Of a DNA stretch of 64,000 bases, positions 12,578 to 28,638 are shown one piece after another (position 1 is the first letter of the stretch; each line of letters starts with the position of its first letter). Below the pieces are notes generated by a model. It made no database searches. It worked only from the letters and a program-made list of their open reading frames with translations, and was not told the origin of the DNA. Source of the stretch: Scenedesmus sp. PABB004 (lineage: Eukaryota); contig JABVCE010000011.1 in assembly GCA_014905635.1 (NCBI GenBank), positions 558,001 through 622,000 on the forward strand, written 5' to 3'. The translations under genes were made by a program, and so were the position numbers.

Positions 12578-13493
12578 GGCCGCGGGCGGGCGGCAGGGGC
12601 GGCGCGCATGCGCGCCCGGCCACCCGTGTGCCGCAGCGCGCGCGGCGCGGGCGCGGCGGCGCGCCCGGGCTGCGCGCGGCGGAGGGCGTGATGCATCCCT
12701 TGAGTTGGGCCCGCGTGCGGAACGCGGCGCGGGGCGGGGCCCGAGCAGCGAAGAAGGCAGGCAGCGCGGGCGCCGCCGGCCGCGGAGGCCGCGCGCGCGC
12801 GCGCGCGCGCCTTGCGCGAGGGCAGTTTTGGGTCGGTCGGTCAAACGGCCGCACGTTGTTGGCGTTGTCTGTCACGCGGGCGAGGGCGCGGGGGCGAGGG
12901 TTCCCTGGCCCTGCCCCGCCGGCGCCCGGGCCGCCGTCCCTCTCGACGGCGGCGCGCGTCTGAGACTCGGCGGCTGAAGGCCCGGAACGGCCCGCAGCAC
13001 TTGAATGCGCTGGTTCTCCTCATTTGCTACTAGACTCGACACCACCGGGGGCGTGACGGGTGGCGGCGGCGGCGGCGCGGCCCGCTCGCCCGCGCGCGCA
13101 GCGCGCACGTGTTGGGGGGCGGCGACTCGCCGGCTGCTGCGCGCGCGCGCGGGCGCGCGGGCGCGCCGTTTTGATGCGGACGCGCGCCACTGGCGGGGGT
13201 AACACGCGCAGCTCCCTCTTAGATCTCGTTCACACATGCCCGCGTTGACGAGTCCGACAGCTCGCAGCTGCTGCGCCGTCACGAGTGGTCCAGCGCGGTC
13301 TCCTCGCCCCGCGCCGCGTTAGTCGCATCTACTCCCACCTTTCTGCCACACGGAGCCCCCCGCCCGGCCCCCACACGCCCCGCTGCGCGCGGCCGCCGCG
13401 CTCCTCATCCTCGGCGACGCTCGCGCTCTCGGGCTCTTATAGCGCCCGCAGCGCCTCCACGCGACGCCCGGACCGGCGTGGCAGCCTCCCAGC

Positions 13494-16400
13494 ATGGCGC
13501 AGCCTCGCCCCGGATCGCCGTTTGCGATCCGGCCGGCCGCGCCGCCGCCGCCGCGCACGGCTGAGGAGGAGGCCCAGGAGCGCGCGGAGGCCCAGGAGCG
13601 CGCGGAGGCCCAGGAGCGTGCGGAGCGGTCGCAACTCGACGCCGCGTACCTCGCGGCCGAGCGCCGGGCGAGCTGCGAGGCGCACGGCATCACCTGCTAC
13701 AGCGCGCCCCCCGAGCTGTCGCGCAGCGCGAGCGCCGACCGCAGCGCGGCCGCCCTCGCGGCGGCCCCGGGCGCGGCCGACGTAGAGGGCGCGGGCGGCG
13801 GCGGCGGGCACCTGGAGCCGCTCGCGGGCGACGTCTCGCACCTGGAGCTGCTCGTGCTGAGCTTCGACAACCTCTCCATATGGGCGCCCGTCAACCCCAA
13901 GAAGGCCAACCCGCTCCACGCCGCGTGGCGGCGCTGCACGAGCGGCGGCGCCGCGACCGCCAATCCGGGTGCGTGCTGACCGCCGCGTTGACCGCCGCGT
14001 TGACCGCCGCGCGGGCCGCCGCATCGACCGACCGCGCGCCCGCGCCGTGCAGAGCGGCAGATCCTGTTCTCCGTGTCGGGCGCGGTGCGTCCCGGCGAGG
14101 TGCTGGCCTTCTTTGGGCCCTCTGGCAGCGGCAAAACCACGCTTCTCACGCTCCTCGGCGGGCGCAGCGCCATGAAGTTTGCCGGCAGCGGTGCGGCGGG
14201 ACCCCTGCCCGCGCGCCCCGCGAGCGCCGCGCGCCGCCGGGCGCCGCACCGCGCGCCGCCGGGCGCCGCGGCGGCCGTCCACGCGCGCGCGGCGCACGAC
14301 GGCCGCCGCGCGCGGCCGCCGCAGCGAGCGTGAACGGCGCGCCCTACAGCAAGGCCACGCGGCGGCGCATCGGGTTTGTCCTGCAAGACGACGTGCTCTT
14401 TGAGGCGCTCACCGTGCAGGTGCTCGTGGCGCGCGCGCGCCGGCAGGGCTCCGGCCCTCCTCGCCCGCCACTGCTTCCATAGCTGCCGCAGCGCGCCGAG
14501 CCCTGCAAGCGCCGCCGCGGGCTTTGCGCGCGCGGCGGGGCTGCCCGCCGCCCCCCCCCCCCCCCCCCGGCCGGCGAGCTCGGGCGGCGGCCGACGGCCC
14601 CCTGCGCCGCCGCGCCGCCCTGGCCGCGCTCGCAGGAGACCCTGACCTATGCGGCGCTGCTGCGCCTGCCGTCGGGCATGCCGCGCGCCGCCAAACTCGC
14701 GCGCGTGGACCGGATCGTCGCCGCGCTCGGCCTGCGCAAGAGCGCCAACACCATCATCGGTGCGGCGCGCGGCGGCCGTGGCGGCGCGCGGGCTGCCCGC
14801 CGTGCTGTGCTGGGTGGAGGCGCCGTGCGTCTGCGGCGCGCCCACGCCGCGCCGCCGCCGCGCCGCCGCCGCCGCGCAGGCGGCTTCTTCCGGCGCGGCA
14901 TCAGCGGCGGCGAGCGCAAGCGCGTCAGCATCGGTGCGGCGCCCGCGCCCGCGCCCTGCCAGCACGCGCCGCACGCGCCGCAACCGGCTCACGGCTGCCG
15001 CGCGCCGCCGCGCACGTGCCCGCCAGGCCACGAGCTGCTGATCAACCCCTCGATCCTGCTGCTGGACGAGCCCACGTCCGGCCTCGACTCGACCACCGCA
15101 CTGCACCTCATCACGCTGCTGCAGGTGCGACCACCACCACCTCCTCCAGCGCGCGCGCGCGCCGGCGCTGCCTCTGCCTCTGCCCCTGCCTGCGCGCGCT
15201 GGCGCCGCCGGGCGCTGCGGTGCGCCGGGGGCCGCCGCGCGCGCGGGCCTCGCGGCAAGCCTTTGCCGCCACGGCGCAGGACCTCGCGGCTGCCGGGCGC
15301 TCCGTCGCGACGACCATCCACCAGCCCAGCAGGCGTGCCGCCGCGCGCCGCGCCGGCCCGCACCTGCCGGCCGCGCGCACTCCCGCGCCCGCGCCCCTGC
15401 GTGCCAGCACCCGGCTCGCGAGGTCCCCCGCCCCTCCGCCGCCCCGCCGCGCCGCAGCCGGCTGTACCAGAAGCTCGACACCGCCATGCTCCTGGCGGAC
15501 GGCCACGTCATGTACTACGGCAAGGCCCACGAGGTGGTTGCCGCTGCCGCGCCCGCGTGCCCGCGCGCGCCCGCACGCACAAACGCACATGCGGCCTGCG
15601 GCGGCCGGCGCGCGTGCACACATTCAAATGTGTGAATTCACACGCGCCTCGCCCCCGCCGCGCCGCGCAGGCGCTGGCGTGGTTTGCGCGCTTCGGCTAC
15701 GCCCTGCCCGGCGGCGTGAGCACGCCCGACTTCCTGCTCGACCTGGCCATGGGCGAGGCGGGCTACTCGTCCAGCGGCGCGACCGGGCCGGCGGCGGTGC
15801 GCGAGCTCTGGGCCGCGTTCGAGGCGCACGCCGCCGCCGGCGGCACCAACGGCGACCGCGGCGCCGCGCCGCCGGCGAGCGCGCCCGGCGGCGCCGGCGC
15901 CAGCGCGGCGGGTAGCGACGGCGGCAGCAGCAGCCCCAGTGGCGGCGGGGCCAACAGCTGGGACCTGGCGATCGCGACGAGCGAGACCAACGTGCTGCCC
16001 TCGCCGACGGCGGCGTCCACGCCGCGCAAGCCGGCGCCCGGGGTCGGCGGCGTCGCCGCGCCCGCGGCGGCCGGCGCCCGCGGCGGCGGCAAGCAGCAGC
16101 GCCCCGCGCGCGAGGGCGCCACGTACCTGGACCAGCTGCACGTGCTCGCCGCGGTGCGGCGCGCGGCGCGCGCGGGCCAGTCCGCGCGGCGCGCGCGAGC
16201 CCGTCGGCCTGCGCCGCGCGCTCCTGCCCGCGCGCCTCACGCCCGCGCGCCCTCGCCGCCGTGCTGCCGCGCAGCGCTCGGGGCGCGTGCGGCGCTTTGA
16301 GCAGATGACGGGTCAGCACTTTTTCCAGCTGCTCGCCGTCGCCTTCATCACAGGTGAGCACGGCAGGGCGCCCGCGCTGCCGCTGCCAGGGAGGCCCCGC

Positions 16401-18440
16401 GCTGCGCCGCTGCCCGTCGCCTCACGGCGCCGCCGCGCCGCGCTGCGCTGCGCGCCGCGCGCCCGCGCCGCGCTGCGCGCCAGGCCTGGTGTGGTGGCAG
16501 CGCGGGCGCGACATCACCGGCGGCGCGGCGGCCGCGCGCGACACCACGGGGCTCCTCTTTTTTATGCTGCTCTTTCCCAGGTGAGCGTGTTTTACTTTCT
16601 GTTGATGTTATGATGTTACACCGCATGTGCGTTTGGGCGGGCGCGGTCTGCCCCCCCCCTCTCCCTCTCCCTCGCAGGCGCCGCGGCCTCCCCGACCCGC
16701 CCGCCGCGCCGCGCGCCGCGCGCCGCGCCCGCGCCGCCACGCCGCGCCGCGCGCAGCATGCGGTCGCTGTTCCGCGCGCTCTTCACCTTCCCCAACGAGT
16801 ACCGCATGATCATGAAGGTGCGGGCGGCGGGGGCTGGAGGGGAGGGGGCTGGAGGGGAGGGGGCTGGAAGGGGGGGGGGGGGGTTGATGGCCTGGAGGAG
16901 GGCAGGGAGAGCGCGCGCTCCCGCTTTCCTTGCGCCGCGCCGCGCCACGCGACACCGCCGCGGCGGCGCTCCCGCGACCCGCTCGCGCGGGTTTGTTGTT
17001 GTTGTTGCTATTCTACCATAGTTTGACACGCCGCTGCGCGCCGCCCGCAGGAGCGCCCGAGCGGGATGTACCGCCTGTCGGCCTACTACCTCGCGCGCAC
17101 CGCGGCCGACGTGCCCGCCGAGCTGCTCAACACCGTGCTCTTCGTGGCCATCACCTACTGGTTCGGCGGCCTGCGCCCCGCCGCGGGTGCGCATGCCGTG
17201 CGCGCGCGTGCCGTGCGAGCGGCTGCAGCCGGCCTCAGCCCCAGCCGCGCGCCGGCACGCGCCGCGCCTCGATGGGCCTCAACGCCGCCGCGGCGGCAGC
17301 CTCGGGCCCTGAGGCCCGCCGCCGACCCGCGCCGCCTGCGCTCAAACCCTGCGGCCCTGCGCAGGGCCCTTCTTCGGGCTGCTGTTCAGCCTCGTCCTCG
17401 TCGTCGCGGTCGCGGGTGCCCAGGATGCGCTGGCGCGCGCCGTCCGCGCGCTGCGCCCCCGGCCCGCCGCCACGCCGCACATGTCTCACGCACACACACC
17501 CGCGCCCGTCCCTGCCCGCGCACGCGCAGAGAGCTGGGGGCTGCTGGTGGGTGGCGTCTTTATGGAGCCAAAGACAGCCCAGGTGTGTGGGGGCTCAGGG
17601 TTCAGGTGGAGGGAGGGAGCCGGCGCGCGTGCGCGCCCGCGAGCCCCCGGCGGCGGCCGCCCCACGCGCGCCGCGTGCTGAGACCGCGCCTGCGCACCCA
17701 CCCCTGCGCGCAGACGGTCACCACGGTCGTCATCCTCACGTTCCTGCTCGTGGGCGGCTACTACGTGCGCGGCATCCCCGTCTGGATCAGCTGGTGCGCG
17801 CGCCGCCGCCGCGCGTGCGCGGCCTCCACGCCGCGCGGCCAGGGGGCGCAGGCGCTCTCGCCCGCACGCACGCCAGTCAAACTGACACGACTGTTCTGTC
17901 TTTTTTGCTCACACCGCCGCGGCCGCCGCCCGCCTCCACGCCACGCCTCCACACCGCCGCCTCCTCCACACCGCCGCCGCCGCCACGCAGGCTGAAGTAC
18001 CTCTCCTTCCTCTACTGGGGCTTCAACCTCCTCACGCTCAGCCAGTTCAGGCGCGTGGAGCTGCTGGCGGCGGCGGCGGCGCGGGGCTCGGGGTTCAGGG
18101 CGCGCGGGGCGGGCGCGGGGCGTGGGTGGTGCGCGCCTCTCGCGCCCTCGCATCCGAGCCCTCTCGCTCGCCCTCTGCCCCGCCCGGCCCACGCACCCGC
18201 CCGCCCACCCGCTCACCCGCGCGCAGCGGCGTCACGTACTACGAGTGCGGCGGCGCGCGCGGGTGCGTGCCGCTGCCGGCCGAGGCGCTCGGCCTGAGCG
18301 TCGACCCCGCCGCGGCGGCCTACCCCGACGTGCTGGTCCTGGTGGGCATGCTGATCGCGCTGCGGCTCGCCATCTACGCCGTGCTGCGCCGCAAGACGCG
18401 CGTGCGCCAGCGCGCGCGGCGCGGCGGCGCGGCGGCGTGA
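13494..18440 (+). CDS. ABCG (White/WBC) half-size ABC transporter
   Basis: Walker [11 protein letters not shown]-loop '[20 protein letters not shown]', signature '[12 protein letters not shown]', Walker B '[12 protein letters not shown]', 'TIHQPSSRLY'. C-terminal TMD '[18 protein letters not shown]', 'IPVWISWLKYLSF'. Confidence 0.93.
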
Positions 18441-18898
18441 GCGGCGGCGTGAGCGGGCGTGATGTGCGCGTGGGGAGGAGAGGCGCGCGTGGCGAGCTGG
18501 GTAGGGGCTAGGCGGGGAGTTGTTTGTGACGCCGGGCAGGTGGTTGGCTGCGTGCTGTGCGCTGGGCGCCCGGCAGCGCGCCGTGCGCGTGCAACCGGTC
18601 GCTCGCAGAACCGCGGCGGGACTTAGCTCGTTCGCCAGCCCGGCGCAGCCGACCACTTCACCGCCACGCAGGCAAGCAGGCAGCCACGCCGGCCAGCTGA
18701 CGCGGGCCAGAGCAGCAGCGAGCATTGAACAGCTCGCGGCGCCGCCGCCTCTCCCGCGGCCCCCAGACCCTGCCTGCGCGCGTCCGCGCTGAGCTGCGCG
18801 CGGCAAGAGCTCCTCGCATCGCCGCTGGCGTCGCCGGCCGCTGCGGCGGCCGCGGCGGGCGGCAGCAGCAGCAGCGCGGCGGCTCGGGCGGCGCGGCC

Positions 18899-20058
18899 AT
18901 GCCGCGCCGCAAGCCCGCGCGCGCGGGCACGCCCGGCACTACGAACGTGCTATGGTTCAGGGCGTCCCAGCGCGGCCCGCTGCCGCCGCCGCCGGCGCCG
19001 GCGCCCAACCGCGCGCCGGGCGGCGGCGCGCCCCTCTTCCGTCGGAGCTGGCTGCGCGGCAGCCCGCGTGGCCGGGTGTGGCTGGCGCAGCGGTCGACGG
19101 AGCAGCACGAGATTGTGGGCCTGCTGAGGTGGGTGGGCCTGCCCGGCGGCGCCGGCTGCGTGCGTGAGCTCGCGCCCGACCTCACAGCGGAGCAGGCGCG
19201 GCGGCTCGCCGACGACCTGGCCCGCGAGGCAGCGGCAGCAGACGACGCGGCGCGGGACCAGGGCGGCGGCGCAAGGAGCAGGCCGGCCGTTCAACCCGGC
19301 CTGCTTTCGCCGGAGGAGCTGGCCGCGGGCGTCAGGCAGCTGCTGGGCCTCGGCGGCGCCGCCTGCGCCGACGACGGCAGCGCCCAGGACGCCGGCAGCC
19401 ACGCCGGCAGCCACGCGCGGCGGCTGCTGGCGCGCTGGCTCGGCGGGCGGCGGCCCCACGAAGATCTGCTGTACCAGCTGGACGTGGCGGCGGCCGGCGC
19501 GGCCCCGCCGCAGGCGGCGCTGCCGGCGGAGCGGCCGCCGGCGCGCGTGCGGCTGCTGCGGCGCGTCGCGCCGCTCGTGGCCGCCGACCCGCAGCGGCTG
19601 GCGGCGGCGGCGGCCGCGGCCGCGAGCGCGGGCGCCCCCGTCGCGGCGGTCGCGGAGGCCGAGCGCGCCGCGCGGCGCCGCGCCGCGCAGGGCGGCGGCG
19701 CGCTGCCCCGCCGGCGCGCAAGCGCCCAGCGGCGGAGCTCGGCGGCGGCGGCAACCGCCGCGGCCGCGGCGGCGCCGGCGCCGCCGCGCGCCCGGCGGGC
19801 GCCGGCGCCGCCGCGCGCCCGGCGGGCGCCGGCGCCGCGCCCAGCGGCGGCGACGCGCGCGCCCTGCGCGGGCGCGGCCGCGGTGGCGGTCGCGGGCGGG
19901 GCCGGGGGCGGGGGCGCGGCGCGGCGGGCGGCGCGCTGCCGGGCGGCGCGGAGCTGGCGGGCTTTCTGCCCTCGGGCCCGGGCGACGGCGGCGGGCCGCT
20001 GCGCAGCAGGCTTCGCATGGTTTCGCTGAAGCGCTTCTATCCGAGCCAGCAGGCCTGA
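18899..20058 (+). CDS. Hypothetical intronless protein with ARKRP/RGG-rich C-terminal part
   Basis: ATG at 18899 opens a coding-like frame; adding one C to the C4 run at 19706-19709 extends it through 'ARKRP...[16 protein letters not shown]...RMVSLKRFYPSQQA*'. No family recognised. Confidence 0.4.
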
Positions 20059-20208
20059 GCGGCGGCGGCGGCAGCTGAGGGGTGCTCGTACGCGCGCGAG
20101 AGAGAGCGAGAGAGCGAGAGAGGGCGAGCCGCCAAGCGCGCGGGCGGCAACGGCTTCGTGGAACCCGGTTCAGGCCCGCGCCACGTCACCGGGGGTGGTC
20201 CGCGCCCC

Positions 20209-24880
<4,672 letters not shown>

Positions 24881-25246
24881 CGGCCCGCCGTGATCGGCGC
24901 TGCCCGCGAATGCCCGGCTGGCGCGCGCTGCTGCCGCGCCGAAAGGAGCGCTGCGACCGCGTCGATCGCGTGTGTGAGGTGCCGCACACACGCACGGCCG
25001 CAGCAACGCGCGCGGGCGTTCGGCACTCGAGCGGGCGCAGCAGACGTTGAGCCCTGCCCCGCCCTCAGCTGTCGCCCAACCCGTCCCAGCGCGCGCTCAG
25101 GCTCACCCCGGAAGCTCCCCGACACGCCAAGCGGCGCCGCGCCATCCATGCGCGCGCGGCCGCGCAGCGCAGCGCAGCGCCGCTGCTGCCGCGCCCGCCC
25201 GCGCGCCGCCGGCGCCTCGCCCTGACCGGCCAGCCCGGAAGGCGCC

Positions 25247-28200
25247 ATGGCTGACGGCTGGGCTGGCGTCCCGGCGGGCTTGTTGCAGGTGCGGCGATGG
25301 CGCGCGCTGCCACTGCCGCTGCCCCGCGGCGCCCGCCTGAGCGCGCGCGCCCGCCCGCCCGCCCGTGCACAGGCCGTCGCCGCGCCGCTGCCGCTGTGCG
25401 ACGTGCTGGCGGCGCGGCTTGCCTGCTCGCACTGGCGCGCCGCGCTGGCGCCGCGGGTGCCGGCACTGCGCGTGCACATCGCGCCCGGCGCCGCCAATGG
25501 CGGCGGCGCCGCGCCCGGCACGGGCCCGCCGGGCGCGGCGCTGGCGGCGGGCCTCGCGGCCCTGCCGGGCGTGGCGAGCGTGCAGCTGGTGCTCACGGCC
25601 CGCACCCGCGCGGCCGACCTCGCGGGCGCGCTCGCGGCGGTCGGCGCGCAGGTGTGGGGCGGGGGCTGCCGCCGCGCGCGGTGCACCCCGCGCGGGGCCG
25701 GGCGGGGCTGGCCGCCTGACGCGCCGCGCCGCCGCCGCCGCCCGTCAGCCGCGCGTGCGCGAGGTGGAGGTGTGGGAGGTCGCGCCCGTCCACCTGCCGC
25801 CGGAGTGAGCGGGGCGGGAGCGGCCGGGGGCGGGCGCGGGCGCCGCAGCCAGCTGCTGGCAGCAGCGCGCGCCGCCCCCAGCTCACCACGCCCCCGCCCG
25901 CCCCCATACGCCCAGGCCGCGCTGCTACGCCGGCTGCCTCGACCTGGCGGCGCTGCCACACGTGACCGCCCTGTCCATTCGCTCGCCGCTCACGTGGAGC
26001 CTGCAGGAGCTTTGGGAGCGGGTGCGGGCACGCGAGGCCAGGCCCGGCGCGCGGGAGCAGGCCCCGCGCGCAGCTGACGCCCCCCCCTCCGCGCCGACCA
26101 GGTGGCGGCCATGGCGGCCGGCGGCGCGGCCCCCGCGCTGCGCTCACTGTCCGTGCACGCGGTGTCGGCGCGGGGCGCGGCGCGCGTGTGCAGCCTCGGT
26201 GGGCTCACGCTGCCGCCGGGGCTGCGTCACGTCGCGACGCCGCTGCCGGGGCAGCACGACGCGCACGGCGCGGTGGTGTGCACGCTGGCGCAGGCCCACG
26301 GCAGCTACGTGCAGAGCCTGGCGGCCGCGCTGCCGGGGCTGGAGGCGCTGCACCTGGCCGGAGGCTATGAGGGCAGCGTCGAGGCGCTGGCGGGCCTGCG
26401 GCGGCTCACGGAGCTGCGGGTGTGCGTCGGCGGGCTGCTGCGGTGCGCCGAGCGCCGCGTGCGGCGCGTGGCCCGCGGCGCGAGCGCCGCCGCAGCCGCC
26501 GGGGCGGGCGCGGGCTCAGCCGCGCGCGGCGTGCTGCCGCCCTCGCCGCAGCGCGCTCTCGCACCTGCAGGAGGAGTCGTGCCCCATTGCTCGGCACCTC
26601 GTGCTCGGCCTGCCCCTGCTGCAGCACCTCAGCCTGACGGGCACGGGCGGCTGCCGCCCCCTGGTGAAGCTCGCGTGGCTCGGCTGCGGCGCCGCGCAGG
26701 CTGGACCGGACGCCCCGGCGCTCCAGTCCAGTCCGCGGCCGCCCAGGAGCCGCGCGGCGGCGCCAGCCAGCTGCGGCACCTCACAGCGAGCTTGGCGCAG
26801 TCCGTGCAGGTGCGCCATGCCGGCGCCGGGCGCGGCCGCGCGGCGCCGGCGCTGACCCTGCGCGCCGCGGCCGCGCCCGCCGCAGGCCCCGCCGCGCAGC
26901 GCGAGCCAGCTGCGGAGCCTTCACGTGCTTAACCTGCCGCGCGCGCCCGAGCTGCTGGCCCAGGTCGCCGCGGCCGGCAGCCAGCTGACCAGCCTCAGCC
27001 TCAACTGCGGCGGTGCGTGCGCGCGAGCCGCGGCGCCTGGCGCAGCGCGCAGCAGACTGCACGCGCAGCGGCCAGGCGCGCGCCGGGCCGTTTGCTGAGC
27101 TGATCGCCGACCGCCACTGCCCGCCCGCCAGGACCCTCTGCGTTCTCGGCGCCCCCGCCGGTGGGCGGCGGCGTGGCGCGGCCGCCGCTGCCCGTGCAGT
27201 CGGCGCTGTCGGGGCTCGGCGCGCTGCGCTCGCTGGAGCTGCTCGCACCCGACGGGCGGCCGGCAGGGCTCCTGCTCCCGCAGCTCGTCGCGCTGTGGGA
27301 GGCGACGCCCCACCTGTCGCGGCTGCGGCTGCAGGGCGTGGCGCTCGGGCCGGCCGCCGCCGCCGGCTGGCGCGAGCGGTGGGCGGCTCCGGACGGGGCC
27401 CAGCGCGACGCGCTGGCGCACGCGCTTGGCGGCCTGCTGCTGCTGCGGCCGGAGCAGCTCCCCGCGGGCCTGGCGCGGCTCGAGCTGGATCGATACGCGC
27501 TGCTGCTGCCCGGCTGCCTGCCGCCGGACGCAGCGCGCGCCGGCCCGGCAGGCACGCGGCCAGCGGGCGGGGCCTGGCCGCGGGGCTGCGGCAGCTGGGC
27601 GCCGAGGCGGGCGACGCGGCCGGCTGCCCGGCCGCGCTCCTCAGCGGCCTGGAACGGCTGGTGCTGTCAAACTGCATGATCGGCTCGGAGCAGCCGTGTC
27701 AGCTCGACACGGCGGCAGACGCTCCAGCCGTGAAGCTGGCGCCCGTGGGCGACCTGCTGCGGCTGCTCGGCGCGCCGGGGCGGCTGCGGGAGCTGCAGCT
27801 GCTGGGCGTGCCGCTGCTGGAGGGCGACCTGCAGGCCCTGACGGCGCGCCACGGCCCGCACCTGCGGCAGCTGCACGTGCGCGCCGCGCGCGCCGGCCTG
27901 GCCGAGGCGCACGTCGCGGCGGCCGCCGCCGGCGGGCTCGCGGCGCTGGCGGCGGCCGGCGCGGCGGGCGTGCTGCGCGCGCTGCGAGACCTGGCGCTCG
28001 ACTTCGGGCCGCTCGCGGCGCGTGCGGGCGCGAGCGCCCAGGCTGCCGCCGATGCTGCGGCCACGGGCATCGAGGCGCTGCGGCTGTGCGGCGCGCTCAC
28101 CGGCCTCCAGTCCCTGGCGCTGGCGCTCAACCTCGCCGCGTGCCCACTCGCCACGGCCGGCGGCCTCGGAGGCGCCACCGGCGGCGCGCTGTGTCGCTGC

Positions 28201-28431
28201 GCCGGCCCCTGGCGCGTCGCAGAGCTGCAGCAGCTGCGGGCGCTGGAGGTGCTGGTGCGGCCGCCGCCGCTGGCAGCGCTGTGCGCGGACACCAGCGGCG
28301 GCCGCTGCGGCGCGTGCGGCGGCGGCGTGGGCCTCGCCGCGGTGCGGGCCCTCCTCAAGCAGGGCCTGGCCGAGTTGCTCCCGCTCTGTGAGGTCTCGTA
28401 CCAGGAGGTCGGGTCTGAGCTGCCGAGCTAG
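25247..28431 (+). CDS. F-box protein with LRR/RNI-like repeats
   Basis: The spliced N-terminus 'MADGWAGVPAGLLQ|AVAAPLPLCDVLAARLACSHWRAAL' fits the F-box pattern; many LxxLxL segments (LRSLSV, LEALHL, LTELRV, LQHLSL, LRSLEL, LERLVL, LRELQL). Needs three single-base homopolymer corrections. Confidence 0.65.
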
Positions 28432-28638
28432 CCTGGGCGGGCGGCCTGGGCGGGCGGCGGGGCTGCGCGTGCCGGTCGCGTCTGACGTCCGGCGAGTTCA
28501 CGCGCTCCCCCTGACGCGCCGCCCTTTGCAAACTCTCGATGAGGATCCCCCCGCGCGCGCTGGCAAAACCCCGGCTCGGTTCAAGAAATGAGCTGTCAAC
28601 AAACGAAAAAACAAAGTCACGAGCGAGTCGAGCGCGAA

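Noticed and set aside
10711..13627. Coding tandem repeats AAEQPA (10711-10790) and QERAEA (13569-13627)
   Set aside because: Ordinary low-complexity expansions in disordered N-termini.
26080..27572. Programmed frameshifting or pseudogenisation of the F-box/LRR gene
   Set aside because: All three shifts are -1 in homopolymers, like those in LUC7 and USP, so assembly error is more parsimonious.
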